Below are positions 28,801 through 42,200 of a stretch of 64,000 bases of DNA, piece by piece. The notes below the pieces were generated by a model. It was not told the origin of the DNA. It made no database searches and saw only the letters and a program-made list of their open reading frames with translations. The DNA is from Lingula anatina. Its lineage: Eukaryota; Animalia; Brachiopoda. The translations under genes were made by a program, and so were the position numbers. Location of the stretch: assembly GCA_051362555.1 (NCBI GenBank), contig CM120647.1, forward strand, positions 14,174,651 to 14,238,650, read 5' to 3'. How positions within the stretch are numbered: the stretch's first letter is position 1; each line of letters starts with the position of its first letter.

Positions 28801-31800
28801 TATAATTAAATAAACTGAAAATAAGGCAGCACAGCCTGATATTAACATTAAGGCCAGTTGATAAAAAGAACATAAGATCATTCCGTCAGCTTGCTATACA
28901 TGTACATATTGGCGAAGTTTTAAAAGAGGATAAAAAGGGTATATATTGTAACAGCTTGCTGGAATGTAGTTACTATAGAATTTATTGCGGAAATATTCAG
29001 TAGCAAAGGTAATTATATTTAGACATGAAAAGTAAGTATTAACATTTAATTTCCTGGTTCGAGAGAGTTATTAGAAACCATACGTATGTCGTTGGACTTG
29101 TGTTTGTCGCATATCAAGGATGTTTGACTTACATTTCAGAGAGAGGATGATGTATTGTGTGTTTACCCATTGTCTAGCTGTCGGACTTTCCTTGTCATAA
29201 TGTCATTTAAATTTGATTATAGCAATTAAATAAACTTTGCTTACCTTTATAAGCAACGGCGCCTTGTTTTTTTTTTTTAGTTTCAAATCAATTCGATTTT
29301 AATCTTGACCATTGGTTACATTTTCAACCAATAAGAAACCCTGCCTTGGTCGTTGGTTTCCGTGTCTCATTCTACATCCGGAACTCGCCGTGGAACGTTG
29401 CGGTTGCTAGATAATAAACTATAATTAAATTTACTGAACTAATGGTCTGAGACAGTCACTTAGCACACATATTATTCCCCATGCAAATTGTTTAATATTT
29501 CAATGTCAATTTATCATACTGCTGTTCGCAGGATGTTTGTCGTTTCAGATTTTCTTGATTTCTTTCCACAATTCTAACTCACGAAGCGAACGTATTTCTG
29601 TTTTACAGAAGGATTTGTTTTTATGAGTTCAATTATACCCTCAGCAAAACTTCCTTCACTTAATAGGCAAATCTCTAATAGAGGAACAAAAGCATTGTAT
29701 ATGTCCCTTTTTCTTTTCAGTATTTCAATACTGACGGCCAGTTTACGATCAAAACGATAGACCCATTTCAACAGAAAGTGATCGGTCAAAGACAAGACCT
29801 CTCCTTTTATGACGTCAAACTTGCCAACCTGGCTTACTGTAACGGTAGGTAGATGTAGATGCAAATGCACAAAACAAAACAAATCATGACCCAAGAATCA
29901 TGACCTCTTGTCGTAGCCAATCACAGTTTGAACGGTTCACATTTCTACATATTTGCCAATGCTAGTTTGATTTTTGGTATTAATGTAAATTCTATCTATA
30001 CATTGCTTCTTTGACGGTGCATGTCTAAACATATGCTAGGTATGTTTTGTCCAAAAGTTCACTTCCATTAAAGAAAGACGTGACACAATATGAATAGTGA
30101 ATGTTTTAACACACTTTGATTTATACACCACAAATAGCACATAACGGTCAATGGCCATTTTCTAGTAACGGACAGAACCATAGATGGCGCCAAGTGCAAT
30201 AGAGACGGGTACACGGACCCCAAGAGGCCAACGCAGTGCAGGTGTCCTGATGGGTTTGGTGGAAAAACATGCAATACAGTTGCACCGTCCGCTGCCGGTG
30301 AGTATATTAAACCTATAGTATAGTAACTCAACAAAGGGACCTGTTTAATATAATAACTGGATGCGGCATTGTCGTTTTTTCAATGTGCTATGTATGAGAA
30401 ATGTGACTTTAGGGAATAAAATAATGGGAAGTCGTCTAACGGCGTTAAATGTGCTGCAGATTCTGGAGGAGACTCTAAGGGATTTTTACCAGTGGTAAAA
30501 ATTGTCTGACTTTATCATCAGGTATTATGAAAGGTGTTAAAACAACATGAATGTCCTGCTATTGCAAAGGATTTAATTAACAATTTACCGAAAACGCAGC
30601 TGAAGTTATATGACGGCAATATATGACGGCACGATGTAGTGTGTCGTCACAAACAAATTACTATCGTGCTGACATATTTTCATTTCTTAGTAGATTGTGG
30701 TATGGGGGATTTGACGTCGGAAAGAGGCTACATATCATACTACAAACATGCAGGATTGCCACCGAATCAGAAAAACTCATGTAATTGGTTCATCAGGGTA
30801 AGATTTCATCGATTTTAATCCGTTGATAATCGTATATATTTTATACTGAGTTAATTGAAACTGGTCTAAGTAGTGTTTGAGTATGCAATGCACATTTCTG
30901 TGTTATAATTTTACATTATTTATTTATTTATTTGCTTATTTATTTATTTAAGTTTGCCAGAGTCATAATGCATGCATTATATTTGGATTGATTAACATTA
31001 GCATACGACTGTAATAAGCAACAAGCTTGTCCTTTAAGCACCCCGCACACGGTAAGCAATTGGCGCGCGCCACTTGCGCTGAGCAAGATGCTCGGGCTCC
31101 TCAGCTCCCCGCAAACGCTGCGCTCTTTGCTCAGCAGAGGTGCCTCCCGGCCTGCCCCTAGCGGACGCACTGTGAACTGTGGGATCATGTGTTTAAGGAA
31201 ACATTACATTTTGTTGTTTTTTCTGATAGTAATGGATAATGATGACCACGTTAATCAATCAGACTAACTATAACTGTGTACATTTTTGTTGACTTCGCTG
31301 GGGGCTGCCATTTTTGTTTGTTTCCGGCTACTGGCACATGCGCATTGTTAGCATGGCGTGAGCAATCGGCGCTTGCACCCCGCACACGCTGAGACATTTG
31401 CCTCAAGAGACCAAAAAAATCAAACACTTGAGAAATTTTGCTCAGCCACGCGTGAGGCAAAAATCTCACCAAAATACCCCCGCACACGATGAGAAAACGG
31501 CGCAGCGCAAGTGGCGCGCGCCAAATGCTCACCGTGTGCGGGCCCCTTTATTTGAATGTTATATGAATGAAAATACAAATATAATATACAATGAGTTCTG
31601 TCAAAACTGAGCGTGACGCCAGCCCAGCATTTGCTGGGAAAAACGCACGTACTATGACACGCAATTGCATTAACGATAACTGAAATAGAGCAAAAATTGG
31701 ATCTGTTACTGGATCTTACTTGAAACGAGTAACACTACGTTTCCACCTCACAAAGTCTTCCTCAGTTGAACTAAGTCCGGTGACCGGTGTCACGTGGTGA

Positions 31801-33113
31801 CAGTCTCTTTCTCTACTTAAGTTAAAAAACAACAAGTGAATCATACCATTCAATTTGATAACTGTTTTAATGATAAATAAATCAAAGCATCAATTCCGCT
31901 CCAGGTTCCCCGAGGTAAGATCATCGTCCTGGAGATCCTCACTCTGGACATCACGTGGGACCAGGAGAAGTGGCTGTGTCAAGACTACGTGGAGGTCAGG
32001 TACAGGGCTCACCTCTCCGAGACCGGGGGAAGGTACGTGGACTCTTGTTTTTACTCAATACCACAATGTCCATTCTAAGATTGTATTGGGTAAAATCCCC
32101 AGTTTTACTGTATTCTACTTAACGCCAAGAGGAGTTATAATAATCTCTTAATCTGTTTGCATTCGTCTTAAATCCCCGCAGAGTTGGACTGGTCTGCTTG
32201 GAACAATGGTGTCATTGGGAATGGGCCTATCCTTGCTGGATATCTCATTCTGAATGCGACCGGTGTAACGAAACTGAGGGTCCGTGAAACAGAAAGTCCG
32301 CCCTCCATTTAGTTACAATGGTTAGGGTTAGCCTGACCTAGGTAGGTCAAAATCTAGGGTGAGCTTACCTGTACAAGTGAATGGGAGGCGGACTCTCTGT
32401 CATGGGGGACTCTCTGTCACGTTACACATGTGTCTAAAAAACCATCATCATCATCAACATTAACATCAAGTATGACGTAACTTGTATAAAACTAAATGAA
32501 TGTCTATTATGAAATGATATATGTTACAATACCACGTACCATACAGGACTTTTCTCTGTGTAGGTTCTGCGGGACGACCCTGCCCAGTACTCCTGTATAC
32601 TCATACACCAATGAAATGTTGATATTATTCCGCACATTCAAAGGCGGTGGATACGGGTTTACAGCAAGATACCGAACTGGTGAGTACAAATGAGCTTTGC
32701 CAGTGATAGAGTAAATGAAAGAGAAAAGCGTCGCGCTGGTTGGGTTAAAAGGAGATAAATTATTTAAATATGTATCACAGTTTAAGGTGATTGCGATAGT
32801 TTTGCCCCGTCAAAGATAACTGGTGAATAGCAACCCGAGGATCTCAACTAACACATTTAATAGAATGTGTTGATAGGGATAAAAATATATGTACACCAGG
32901 TATAAGTACTTATTTGGAGATATTATCTTATAATTAGTCTTAAACATGTTGTTTTTCAGAGTCATGTGGGGGTTGCGCAGATCCAATACGAGAAGAGCAG
33001 CACGCATGTTATAGGAAAGAAACAGAACAGTGCCAAGAATCGTGGGAGGAGGAGGAATATTTGAAATGCTCTTCGTTCTTCGGCAATGTGGGAGAGCCGT
33101 GTGGTCTACGGTA

Positions 33114-33165
<52 letters not shown>

Positions 33166-35355
33166 GACATGATGATAATGATGTTTGTTCAGTCTAATAA
33201 ATATGTCCGATTGGATAAAACCCAAAATGGTCTGAGCGTGTTATAAAAAATATTCCATTTAAAAGATTTAAAAGATTATAGCAATTTATATGTAATTGTA
33301 AAAGGGACGTTCAATGTGCTTGTCTCATTACAAAAAGTAATTTTGTAGAGTTCAAATATGGATTGAGGTAATATTGTGAACGGTCATTGTATTCGCTACA
33401 CCTTGATAATTAAAAGAAAAAATGTGAAATGTCCCGGAAAATTGAAGTTTGCCATTTAAAAGTCTAAACCTCAGCGTCTTCCTTCAAGCACAGAAACGTC
33501 CAAGTACATGTGTTACGGTAAATACCAAAAGCTGGCCGATGATAAAGAATGTTTGACAATTACGTTCTGTTAGTTACAAAGTTGGTTTTGTATTTTCAAG
33601 GCATGTGCGAAAGCAACGAAACATGACGTGTCACGTGGACAGACCATACTGTTGCCAGGGATTTGCTCTTGAGAATAATAAGTGTGTTGGTGAGTAAAGA
33701 TTTGTATTTTGACATAAGTTTAACAAATGCTAACAAATATTTAAAGAAGCGGAATTGTAAATGAATAAATATAAAAGTATCACGAGATCGAGTGTTTTGA
33801 ATTATTTGGCTATACACGTAATATACGAGAAAATGATTAAGCATAACATGGCTGGGTTTGAGCCGAGAACAACTCAATTTGAAGTTGTAATTGGATGCGC
33901 AACTATTTGGTGCCTCAGTTAATTTCAAGTGTAGCTCTCTAAATCTTTCTATCAATCTAATAGCTAGCTGTCAAGCAAGGTAGCTGGCTAGCAGTCTGTC
34001 TGTCTATCCTCTCATCCCTACGCCTATCTTTTACAGCTGTAAGACCTGCTCGCGCTATACAAGACAGTCCAAGCGAGAATTACGGCGCCGTTACCATGCC
34101 AACAATGTCTTTACGACAGTCAACACCGAAACTTGGCGGGAGTTTTGAGTCTTCGGACGAAAGAACCACGTGGCCGTGGAGTGGGTGGTCGGAGTGGGTC
34201 TGCTCTAAGCCGTCTTGTGGCTGCGGGACGGCTACGCGCACGCGCACTTGTCTACAGCCGGGTCACAGGAGTTGTGGGTAAGTAGCAAACTGGTTAATAC
34301 ATTTACAGCAGAATGTTTTGCATCACTGAATTTATGGTAGCATTTGAGTGCAATATTTAAAAAATGCTACCTAAAACGGTCTGTATAACGGCTTTGGAAT
34401 GTATAATGCAATTCAAAATTATACGACAGTATACATGTAGATGTACATGTACACTCATATTTCTTAAATAGCATTAAGAAATGTTTATCGTTCAATTTCA
34501 TTTAAGTCGATTGAATTATATTTCTTTTTTTAAATAAAGCTGACATTGTATCAGATGAAATAATATAAGCAGTGAAAACACTAATGTGATTGTTTGGTTA
34601 ACTTTTCATCATATAATCTTTCCAGTGGACAACACAGTCAGACGGAGAGGCGAGCCTGTAGTAACAGACCATGTTATTGCTCTGTAAAAGCTCCCACTTA
34701 CTATCCTTGTCCAGGGACCCATTACTTCGGTAGGACTAACATGTGTGTAGGGTAAGTATCAAAAGACCAAAATTATCATACAATGTTTCATGAAAATTAT
34801 GATTATAGTTCCAATGTCATATGCCTAAAAGTTTTTTTTTTAATTTTATTTTTCATTTTATTATTAGTATTATTATTTTCTTTTGTTTTTAATGCAAGGA
34901 TGTCGTATTATTGGTTGATTGCGGAAATATATAAGAACCAAAAATAATTATTACTTTTTTACTACTGTACTTCTACTGCATTTAAATTGTTCATAAAATT
35001 ATGATGATACATAGTCTGTGTTGTTTCCTGTCACTGATTAACATCAAAAAGTTTTTAATTGCCACTTTTTCCATTAAATCATGGAACTGTAAATGGCAAA
35101 TAACTTTGAAAGTTTGCAATGTATACAATGTATATTTATTTAATATTCCTTTTTGTTTTTAGAAGATTGAAATTGTTTCAGTATTGTTATTTTAAACTCA
35201 CTATGAAAAACAAATCATTTTGGACTCACAATAATAACAGTTATTCTTTATTATTTCCCAGCTATACCACCCAGAAGAAGGTGTGTCCGCAGGCAGAGCA
35301 ACAGTGTTGCCCTGGTCAATCACAGATCGGTTCCGTGTGTTCTCCGTGGAAGTAG
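24196..35355 (+). CDS. Astacin-family (M12A) zinc metalloprotease: signal peptide-propeptide-astacin-EGF-like-CUB-TSP1-Cys-rich tail, 605 aa, NAS-36/DPY-31-like architecture
   Basis: 14 GT-AG exons with consistent phases: 24196-24264, 25054-25137, 25562-25760, 26488-26611, 27007-27076, 27291-27494, 29721-29844, 30166-30297, 30691-30797, 31905-32032, 32564-32679, 34037-34277, 34626-34751, 35262-35355 (1818 nt). Motifs: signal MALLLALLLLFSF, pro-domain EGDI, furin site RKKR, CWSYIGR, HEIGHVLGFWHEQSRMDR, IGQRQDLSFYD, CUB (CNWFI, DYVEVR, RFCG, GFTARY) and TSP1 (WSGWSEW..C..CGCG...RTRTC). An upstream in-frame ATG lies at 24181. Confidence 0.93.
25823..26077. mobile_element. Short non-autonomous DNA transposon (hAT-like CAG...CTG termini) in astacin intron 3
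   Basis: Imperfect TIRs CAGTGACGGATT / GGATCCGCCCCTG; the same terminus CAGGGGCGGATCCAG recurs at 38632. No clean TSD found. Confidence 0.5.
31037..31547. mobile_element. PIF/Harbinger-type MITE in astacin intron 9
   Basis: About 40-bp TIRs (CCCGCACACGGTAAGCAATTGGCGCGCGCCACTTGCGCTG and its near-perfect reverse complement), flanked by TTA on both sides. Confidence 0.85.
32264..32427. mobile_element. MITE-like interspersed repeat, copy 1
   Basis: TGTAACG...CGTTACA termini; recognisably homologous inverted copy at 53408-53577. Confidence 0.75.
33114..33164. repeat. (AAT)n microsatellite
   Basis: Directly visible. Confidence 0.95.
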
Positions 35356-38300
35356 GCGGAGCAATAGATGTCACCGTTACCAATCACAGCGTAGTACGTT
35401 GTTTTCTCCGTAGAGGAAGCATTAGGGGTGGAAGCCTTGGCACCCTATCTAGTTGATGCTCATTATTTATTATCCCCGGGCAATGAGATAAGAAAATCAG
35501 GTGACACTATGCTCGTCCAACCTGAAGTGACAATGTGTCCGAGGATTTAACCGTTAGAATTTCTTAAGAAGAAAAGAAGAGAAATGTCAATATAAGTGAC
35601 AAATCATGCCACGATGCGACACCGCACGGCCATGTGCATGGCGTCATTTTCCGAGGAAGTCTTATCCGTAAATGGCAGAGGAAATAGGGGCAAGAGATGG
35701 ACAAGGCAAAGACATTTGAATAACGGAAGTGAACAGTTTTGAACCTTTGGAAGTTCAAAGTTCACATCCTGTGTGTTCTTCATAATGATTACACATACTT
35801 AGGTGTACCGTTGTTCATAAGAGCAGAGTTGACCACTCCAAGAACAGCACTTCTTCACCAAGATAAGAGTCTAACATGTTAGCCGCAATCCTCCAGAGGA
35901 CAAAGGGAGCGGTTGTTCATTAATTTGACTCATGTATCTTTTGAATATTTAAGTATTAGCGCCAGAATCACTGTGATTTTGTTGTGTCACATTTCCAAGA
36001 ATCTGGACACACACCTCGCCCACCGAACGTTCTCTATTCTGGTTGGCTATTTCCAAGCGCGGTTGGGTCGCGTTGTTCTAAAAAATGTACAAGCTTTCAT
36101 AAGTAAAGAGTACAATTGAATAATGTCCTAAGAGTACTATTCTAAATCATATCTGGGTAAGTTAGAGATGTGTCTCGGGGCGTGCGATTTGTTAAAAATC
36201 AGTCCTAAAATAAATTATAAGGTATGTGAAACGCATAAGCTGTTAGGGAATCTGATATGCGGGATTAACTTGTAGCTACATTACGTCATGTTTACGTCAT
36301 GATGACATCACAACAGCAACATGACGTCCTAATTATCCTACATACCCGTGTGACTCAAAATTAAAAAGTATTGGACTTGTTTAATCACGGAAAATTACAC
36401 ATATCATTAATGGCAGAACTGTGTCAACGTGTCGGGCAGACGTATTTTTGAATCATTGACTGGCAATCTTAAAGGGATTATCATCCAGATAAGTTTTAAG
36501 TGAAATAGAAAAGTGCGTTCTCCTGATTATTTAATATCATGCGTTATTTATATGAATTAAAATGTGTGGTTAAAAGACGTTGTATTTGTGCATTAAAAGA
36601 AATGAAGGTGAATCAGGAATTTTTTTATTGTAAGTTATTTAAAGCTCGTGTATGAAGATCACGTTTGTTTTTATTGAGGCCTATACAAGGGGCGATTTCA
36701 TCATTTAAGTTTGCAAGACATGAAAAAAGGAGTGCGGGGTAAAAGTTTCCTGGTGAACAAAATAAATTTGCAGATGGGCAACTTCTTAATAATGTATTCC
36801 ACATAGAAATACGTTTTTGGAGTTAAGTTTGCATTGTCTTCGTTTGTGAGAAAAAACATCAGATTGTTTATACCGATTATACAGACTATACGTATCTTAG
36901 TCCGAGTTTCAATTCCGATGTTAACCATTTTCTTTATATTCAGACCCCCATAATCATACGCTTATAAGGCTATGACATCAAGCAGCGTTTTGGTTCAAGT
37001 TTGCAGGGCCAACTGCAAATGATGCTTTCATCACCAAGGTTCATGAGGTCAAACGTGTTAGTGGCGTGGCAAATTTGAACGCACGCCGTTGAGGGCAAGA
37101 GCCCGATACACGTGCGCACATGGGGAGCTGAAAATGAAGACCTTGGCTTGTACTGGGCTTGGATTTAAGAGTAATTTTATCGGATGTTAGGACGGGTTGA
37201 TGACGTTTATGGTCTTTCATTACATGCGTCATGCCTTTGTTGTTATAGGAAATTGATGTCTTACAGAATTACGAAAAGCGGAAGCTTTTGAAGTTAAAGG
37301 CGAATATGTGCAATAAGTGTAATATAATCCAACTGAAAAAAAAAACAGTAATAACTTCCACCAAAAATTCTGCTTTGTTAAAAAGTTACAATGTTGTTAA
37401 CCATGACATTCTATGTGAAAATTTCAAATGTTATTGTTAATGTTATATTGTACTCAAATTATTTTATTTAATTAAGTGACAAGTTTATGTCTCAGTAAGT
37501 ACTTGCAAATGTGAAATGATCAAAGCATTTATTGATTAAGTCTCTCTCTTTATTATTTAATTGGATAGTGTAAATATTTATAAAGTGTATATAAGATTCC
37601 ACGCGAGAGATGAATAAACAACTTTGTTTAATGTTTCTTCTTCAATTGCGACGTCTTTGTGAAATGCTTACCCTGAAAGAAAAAGACAGAGAAAGGAAAA
37701 TGGAAGAAATAAAATGAAAAAAAGAGAAAAACTGACTAAAATTTAGAAATAGTAAAATTGGAATTTTTATGATTTAACTGTGGATTAATCTGCCCGGTTT
37801 CATTAATGCTGGATAGCGCTGTCCAAGAGAAAGTTCAGTAGTCTGCAAGGTGCCCCTCTGTATCGTTCAAACCATTTCCAAAATTGCAAATGTTAATTAT
37901 GTTTATAAATATGGAAGACCGTTAACCACATTAAATGTGCCAATATTTCTTTATCCGTAATTAAAAGCATAACTCTTCGTTGTCTTTGCGGGACAATACG
38001 GAATAATTTATACCTTCTGAACCAATAGGAAAGGTCCTGCAGAACGCCCCCTACTGGCTGATTTGACCCTGACCTCTCTGACTGCACTGTATCGTCTGCT
38101 GGGCGATATTCACTAGCACTCACCTGACGCACTGCATTGTGTTCTGTTTGGGATCCTTGCTGGTGTGTATGTGTGTGTTGGGGGGAGGGGAGGGGATGGT
38201 TTTCCTTGATCAATGATGGACTTATATCTGCAGTCTCATCTAATAATATCCCTTGGTTAGTTTTTCCTAAATCAGAATAAATGACGACATGGTTGAAACA

Positions 38301-38756
38301 GTGCTACAGCAACAATTATTTTCTTTCTTTTTTTTTTCTCACCTGTCTAGTCGCAGTCGTTTGAATCCCGTGTTGGCATTACCCATTACGTCCCGTTTTT
38401 TTATTTCTATAGGGAGTGTTTAATTTATATAAATATGTAGTCAGAAAAGAAATAAGACGCAAAATGGGATCCCATTCAGGCTATCGGTCTACGTAGGCTA
38501 CACCGATCCAACTGTTTTTATTCTCTTAAACGCCAGGTGGAGGCTTGTTATTCTGTTAAAATAATTCCATTCAGTGATAGTCATTGCTGAGTAGGATCGA
38601 TCTACGTTGATTGATGGGAATGGACCCTAATCAGGGGCGGATCCAGAGATATTTTCTGACAGTCTTCCAAATTATCTTTGTTGATCCAGCCGTCATTTCT
38701 GTCCGTCTTCCGACAGAAAAAGTTAGATGCCGGTCATTGTTAACTTGAAAGTCTGA

Positions 38757-39638
38757 AGCCCCCGTCACACTTATTCGGAATCAGCAGGAGGAATCACATT
38801 AGAGGAATATTCGAACTGGCAAGTGACTTAAAGCCCCCGTCAAACCATTTCGAAATCAGTAGGAATCAAGCCGGAATTACTAAATTTAAAAATTCGTACC
38901 ATATTCGGGAGGGAATTTCAAATTATCATAAAATATTACGGCTTTGTAAGAATGCCTCTGGAATACTAAGAATGCACATTGAACCCGCCTGGAATGATTC
39001 TTGCACATTCAAGGTATATTACCTCTCAAATGCAGCTCAAATGTAGTTGGAAAACTGTAGGGATATTGCGATAAATTTCCTCTTGCAATGCACTTCGAAA
39101 GTTTTTGACATGACAAAAACATTCGAGCCGGCCACAAGAATAGGTAAAAATATTTGGAATGCACTCGGAATTTTTATAATGTTTTTAGAATGCTCTTCGA
39201 ATATCCTGGAATGCACAAATAATTGTATTTCAGACGCCATTCTTAATCATTCCGCCTCTAGTGTGACGGGGGTTTTATATCACGCCAGAATGTTTCGAAT
39301 GTGCCTCGGATGAGCTGAAATATTAATGTTGCCAGCAATCGAACTACACTAGTGCGCGGTTCAAAGTATATTCTAAATATTCTTACTGCCTTCTTACAGC
39401 ATCAGAAATATTCCTAGTTTTCCAACTACATTCGAACTTCTTTTGAGAGCTACACAGTCGAAAATGCACTCATCATTCCAGGCGAATTCAAGCGCATTCT
39501 GAGTATTCCAACGGCACTCTTACAATAATTAAGGTCAATTTGAAATTTTTCCCCGAATGTGGTGCGAATTTTAAAAATTCTTCGTTCATGCTCATTCTTC
39601 TCCATTCCTGCTGATTCCGAATAAGTGTGACGGGGGTA
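38757..39638. mobile_element. Non-autonomous PIF/Harbinger-type element carrying a nested related copy (38831-39274)
   Basis: Outer TIR CCCCCGTCACACTTATTCGGAATCAGCAGGA with its exact reverse complement at 39606-39636; inner element AAGCCCCCGTCA...TGACGGGGGTT flanked by TTA/TTA. Confidence 0.85.
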
Positions 39639-39951
39639 TCAATCCGACCATGCTACGGTTAATAAAACATCTAGCACTGGAACTTGGAAGAAGGCCTTAA
39701 AACGCAAAGATCCCTTATTATGTCACTGACACTCGATCAAATCTCTGCAGCAGATCTCTGGCACCAATAGCTCGTCTTTTTCTATGTTGCGTGCACTAAA
39801 TTTATTTGTCTTATGTGGGTTCATTACTGGGTGATTTAGAACCGCCATTCTGTTATGTCTGATTTAGTTAATATAGATCTTAACTTCATACAGTATGTTT
39901 GTTGGACTAATTACTTTTACATCTGCCATAAGTGAAACATCACATGCGTAA

Positions 39952-40165
39952 GGGCGCATTCCCATAGATTTTAGATCGATCTATCCCCGTGGGGAGTCTC
40001 ACTAGATTACTGTCAGATAATCCGGCTTAAATGTCCGTCCCGCCTACTACAAGCTGTATGGGGGTAATTAAGTTTTGTGCCCGCTCGGCTGACAGCTATT
40101 TAGCGTGAACCCCTAGGGAGTTAGGTCGAGCTAGTTGGATTGATCTTATATCTGGGAATGGGGTC
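39952..40165. mobile_element. Tourist/Harbinger-type MITE, copy 1
   Basis: CATTCCCA...TGGGAATG TIR cores, TAA target duplication; homologous copy at 55614-55836. Confidence 0.85.
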
Positions 40166-40183
40166 TAAGACGTTAACCTACTT

Positions 40184-40186
<3 letters not shown>

Positions 40187-40267
<81 letters not shown>
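40187..40267. repeat. (TA)n(TG)n microsatellite
   Basis: Directly visible. Confidence 0.95.
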
Positions 40268-42117
40268 AAGAGTAGCTATTCTGAACTTTGGATTGTACAG
40301 CTTTCTCTTCGGTATGCTGAACTTCATCGTGCATGAACAAGGTCAGTAACGACATTTTTCTCTCATAAAGTCCGATTATAAAACGTCAACATGAAGGGTT
40401 ATTTTGTGAGAATAAATTTATTTTAAAACACAAGTATCGTAGGCCTGATAGCGCTCGTAGCGTTCTCTAGCGGCAGTTTATACAGTGCACAGCAATCACC
40501 CATGTGCAGCGTAGCAGAATCTTAAAACCGTTTCTATGAGATCTTGTAATACTTCAACTTTGCTTGTTGTTCTACATGTAGAAAGTGGAGGTTTTGAAAA
40601 TGATTTCAATTCATGGAAAACAAGGAACACAAACAATGCAAGAGACAAATACTTCAAGTTACAATACTTGCACTTGTATAGAAAGAGGGACTTGTTTACG
40701 TCCACAGCCATCGATGTAACTACGTAATGGTATGAAAATGTTAGAAATCGAGATCGGACACTGACAATAACATATGCAGTCGAGAGCAGACGGAAGTGCT
40801 TGTATAAACGTAAGTTCATTAATATTTTTATCAGTTTTGGGAGCTTCAAACTTTCAGACGCTATCACTCCAGTTGTATCAGGTCGTATCTTGCGTCCGCA
40901 TAGCGCGTTTGATACAACGTAGCTCACGTTTTAAATGAACTTACGTGGTAACAGGTATTGATTACGCTCTGCATGCTGGGTAAAAAGGACAAACGAGTTT
41001 CCTGGTTGTGTTCCGCAATCTGGAGTCGTTCCATAATGCGAGGTAGGAGTCTACAATAGACAAACTTACAGGGAATTAAAGGGTCGCTTAACGACAGTCA
41101 ACGGAACAAGGTAATTGGGTTAATATTTCAGTGATTAAAAGGGAATTACCGCAGTGGTTTAATTATACTACCCTGGGAAAAATTATGGCTATGCAGTGCT
41201 AATAGTAATTAGCCAGTAGTTCTCACCCAGTTTTCTCAATATAAGTTTTGTCACTCTGTATGCAAAAATGGTAGGTACAATATTATTCCGCAGAATTGCA
41301 GTCAGAACACGAGGGAAATGATCGCTAAGTTCTGCATTTTTCAGTAAAATTAATATCTTCAGCACTGTTAAGTTCCCTGGTCAGGTCCTATGATTTTCTA
41401 CGCGGCCTCGTCTTCCACGCTGGTACATGTAGCTGATGCAAAACTGTAATTTATCCACGAATACACATCCCCAGGAGGACAAAAAAAAGGTATAACTAAA
41501 CGGTTGACTAAAATACACGTCAGCAACTGAGGACAGAGTTCTCAGCAATAAATTCATATAGTACGCGTCTACGGTCGTTAAATCCTTTGCATCAACCGTA
41601 AAAAGAGATGTTTCACTGTAGGCTGATACAGTTATGGTCTTAGCAAAAATGAATAACGGATTTCTTGCCTGACGACACTGCATTCAATCTGACACACATT
41701 CAAGTTATTGTGGACGGGTCAAGTTATATTGAGGTATCATGTGTTAAAGAACACGTGAAAATAACCTAGCCCTGTCAACTTGGCGTGGCAGCGTTTTCAG
41801 CAATTAGTTCATATAGGACGACGCTATGATCGTAAAGTCCTTTGCATCTAGATGCAGTATTTTCACTGTATTGGCAGGAGGTGAAAAAAAAATTGCCGCA
41901 GAGCACCCTCTTTTTATATTTGGTCATTGACAGACTTTGAACAACAGTGTTATCTATAAACTCCCGTACCTTAACTCAATTCCAGCGCTTAAAACACGGC
42001 AAATAAATTGAGGTAGCTGTATAGATTCTTATCAACTTGAATGGCACACCTTAGTTACAAATACCGGCTCCCACCTGTGAGAGAAACAATTTTTTATCTA
42101 GATCCTAAGGGCTTTTT

Positions 42118-42200
42118 TTATCAGCAACATAGGGTCTTTATTTCTTTTTTTAATCAGCAACCTATGGTCTTTATTTCCTTATTTTATCAGCAACCTATGT
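42118..42200. repeat. 33-bp minisatellite, about 2.5 copies (ATCAGCAACCTATGGTCTTTATTTC core)
   Basis: Directly visible; produces the YQQ/NQQ repeats in ORF 42041..42268. Confidence 0.85.
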
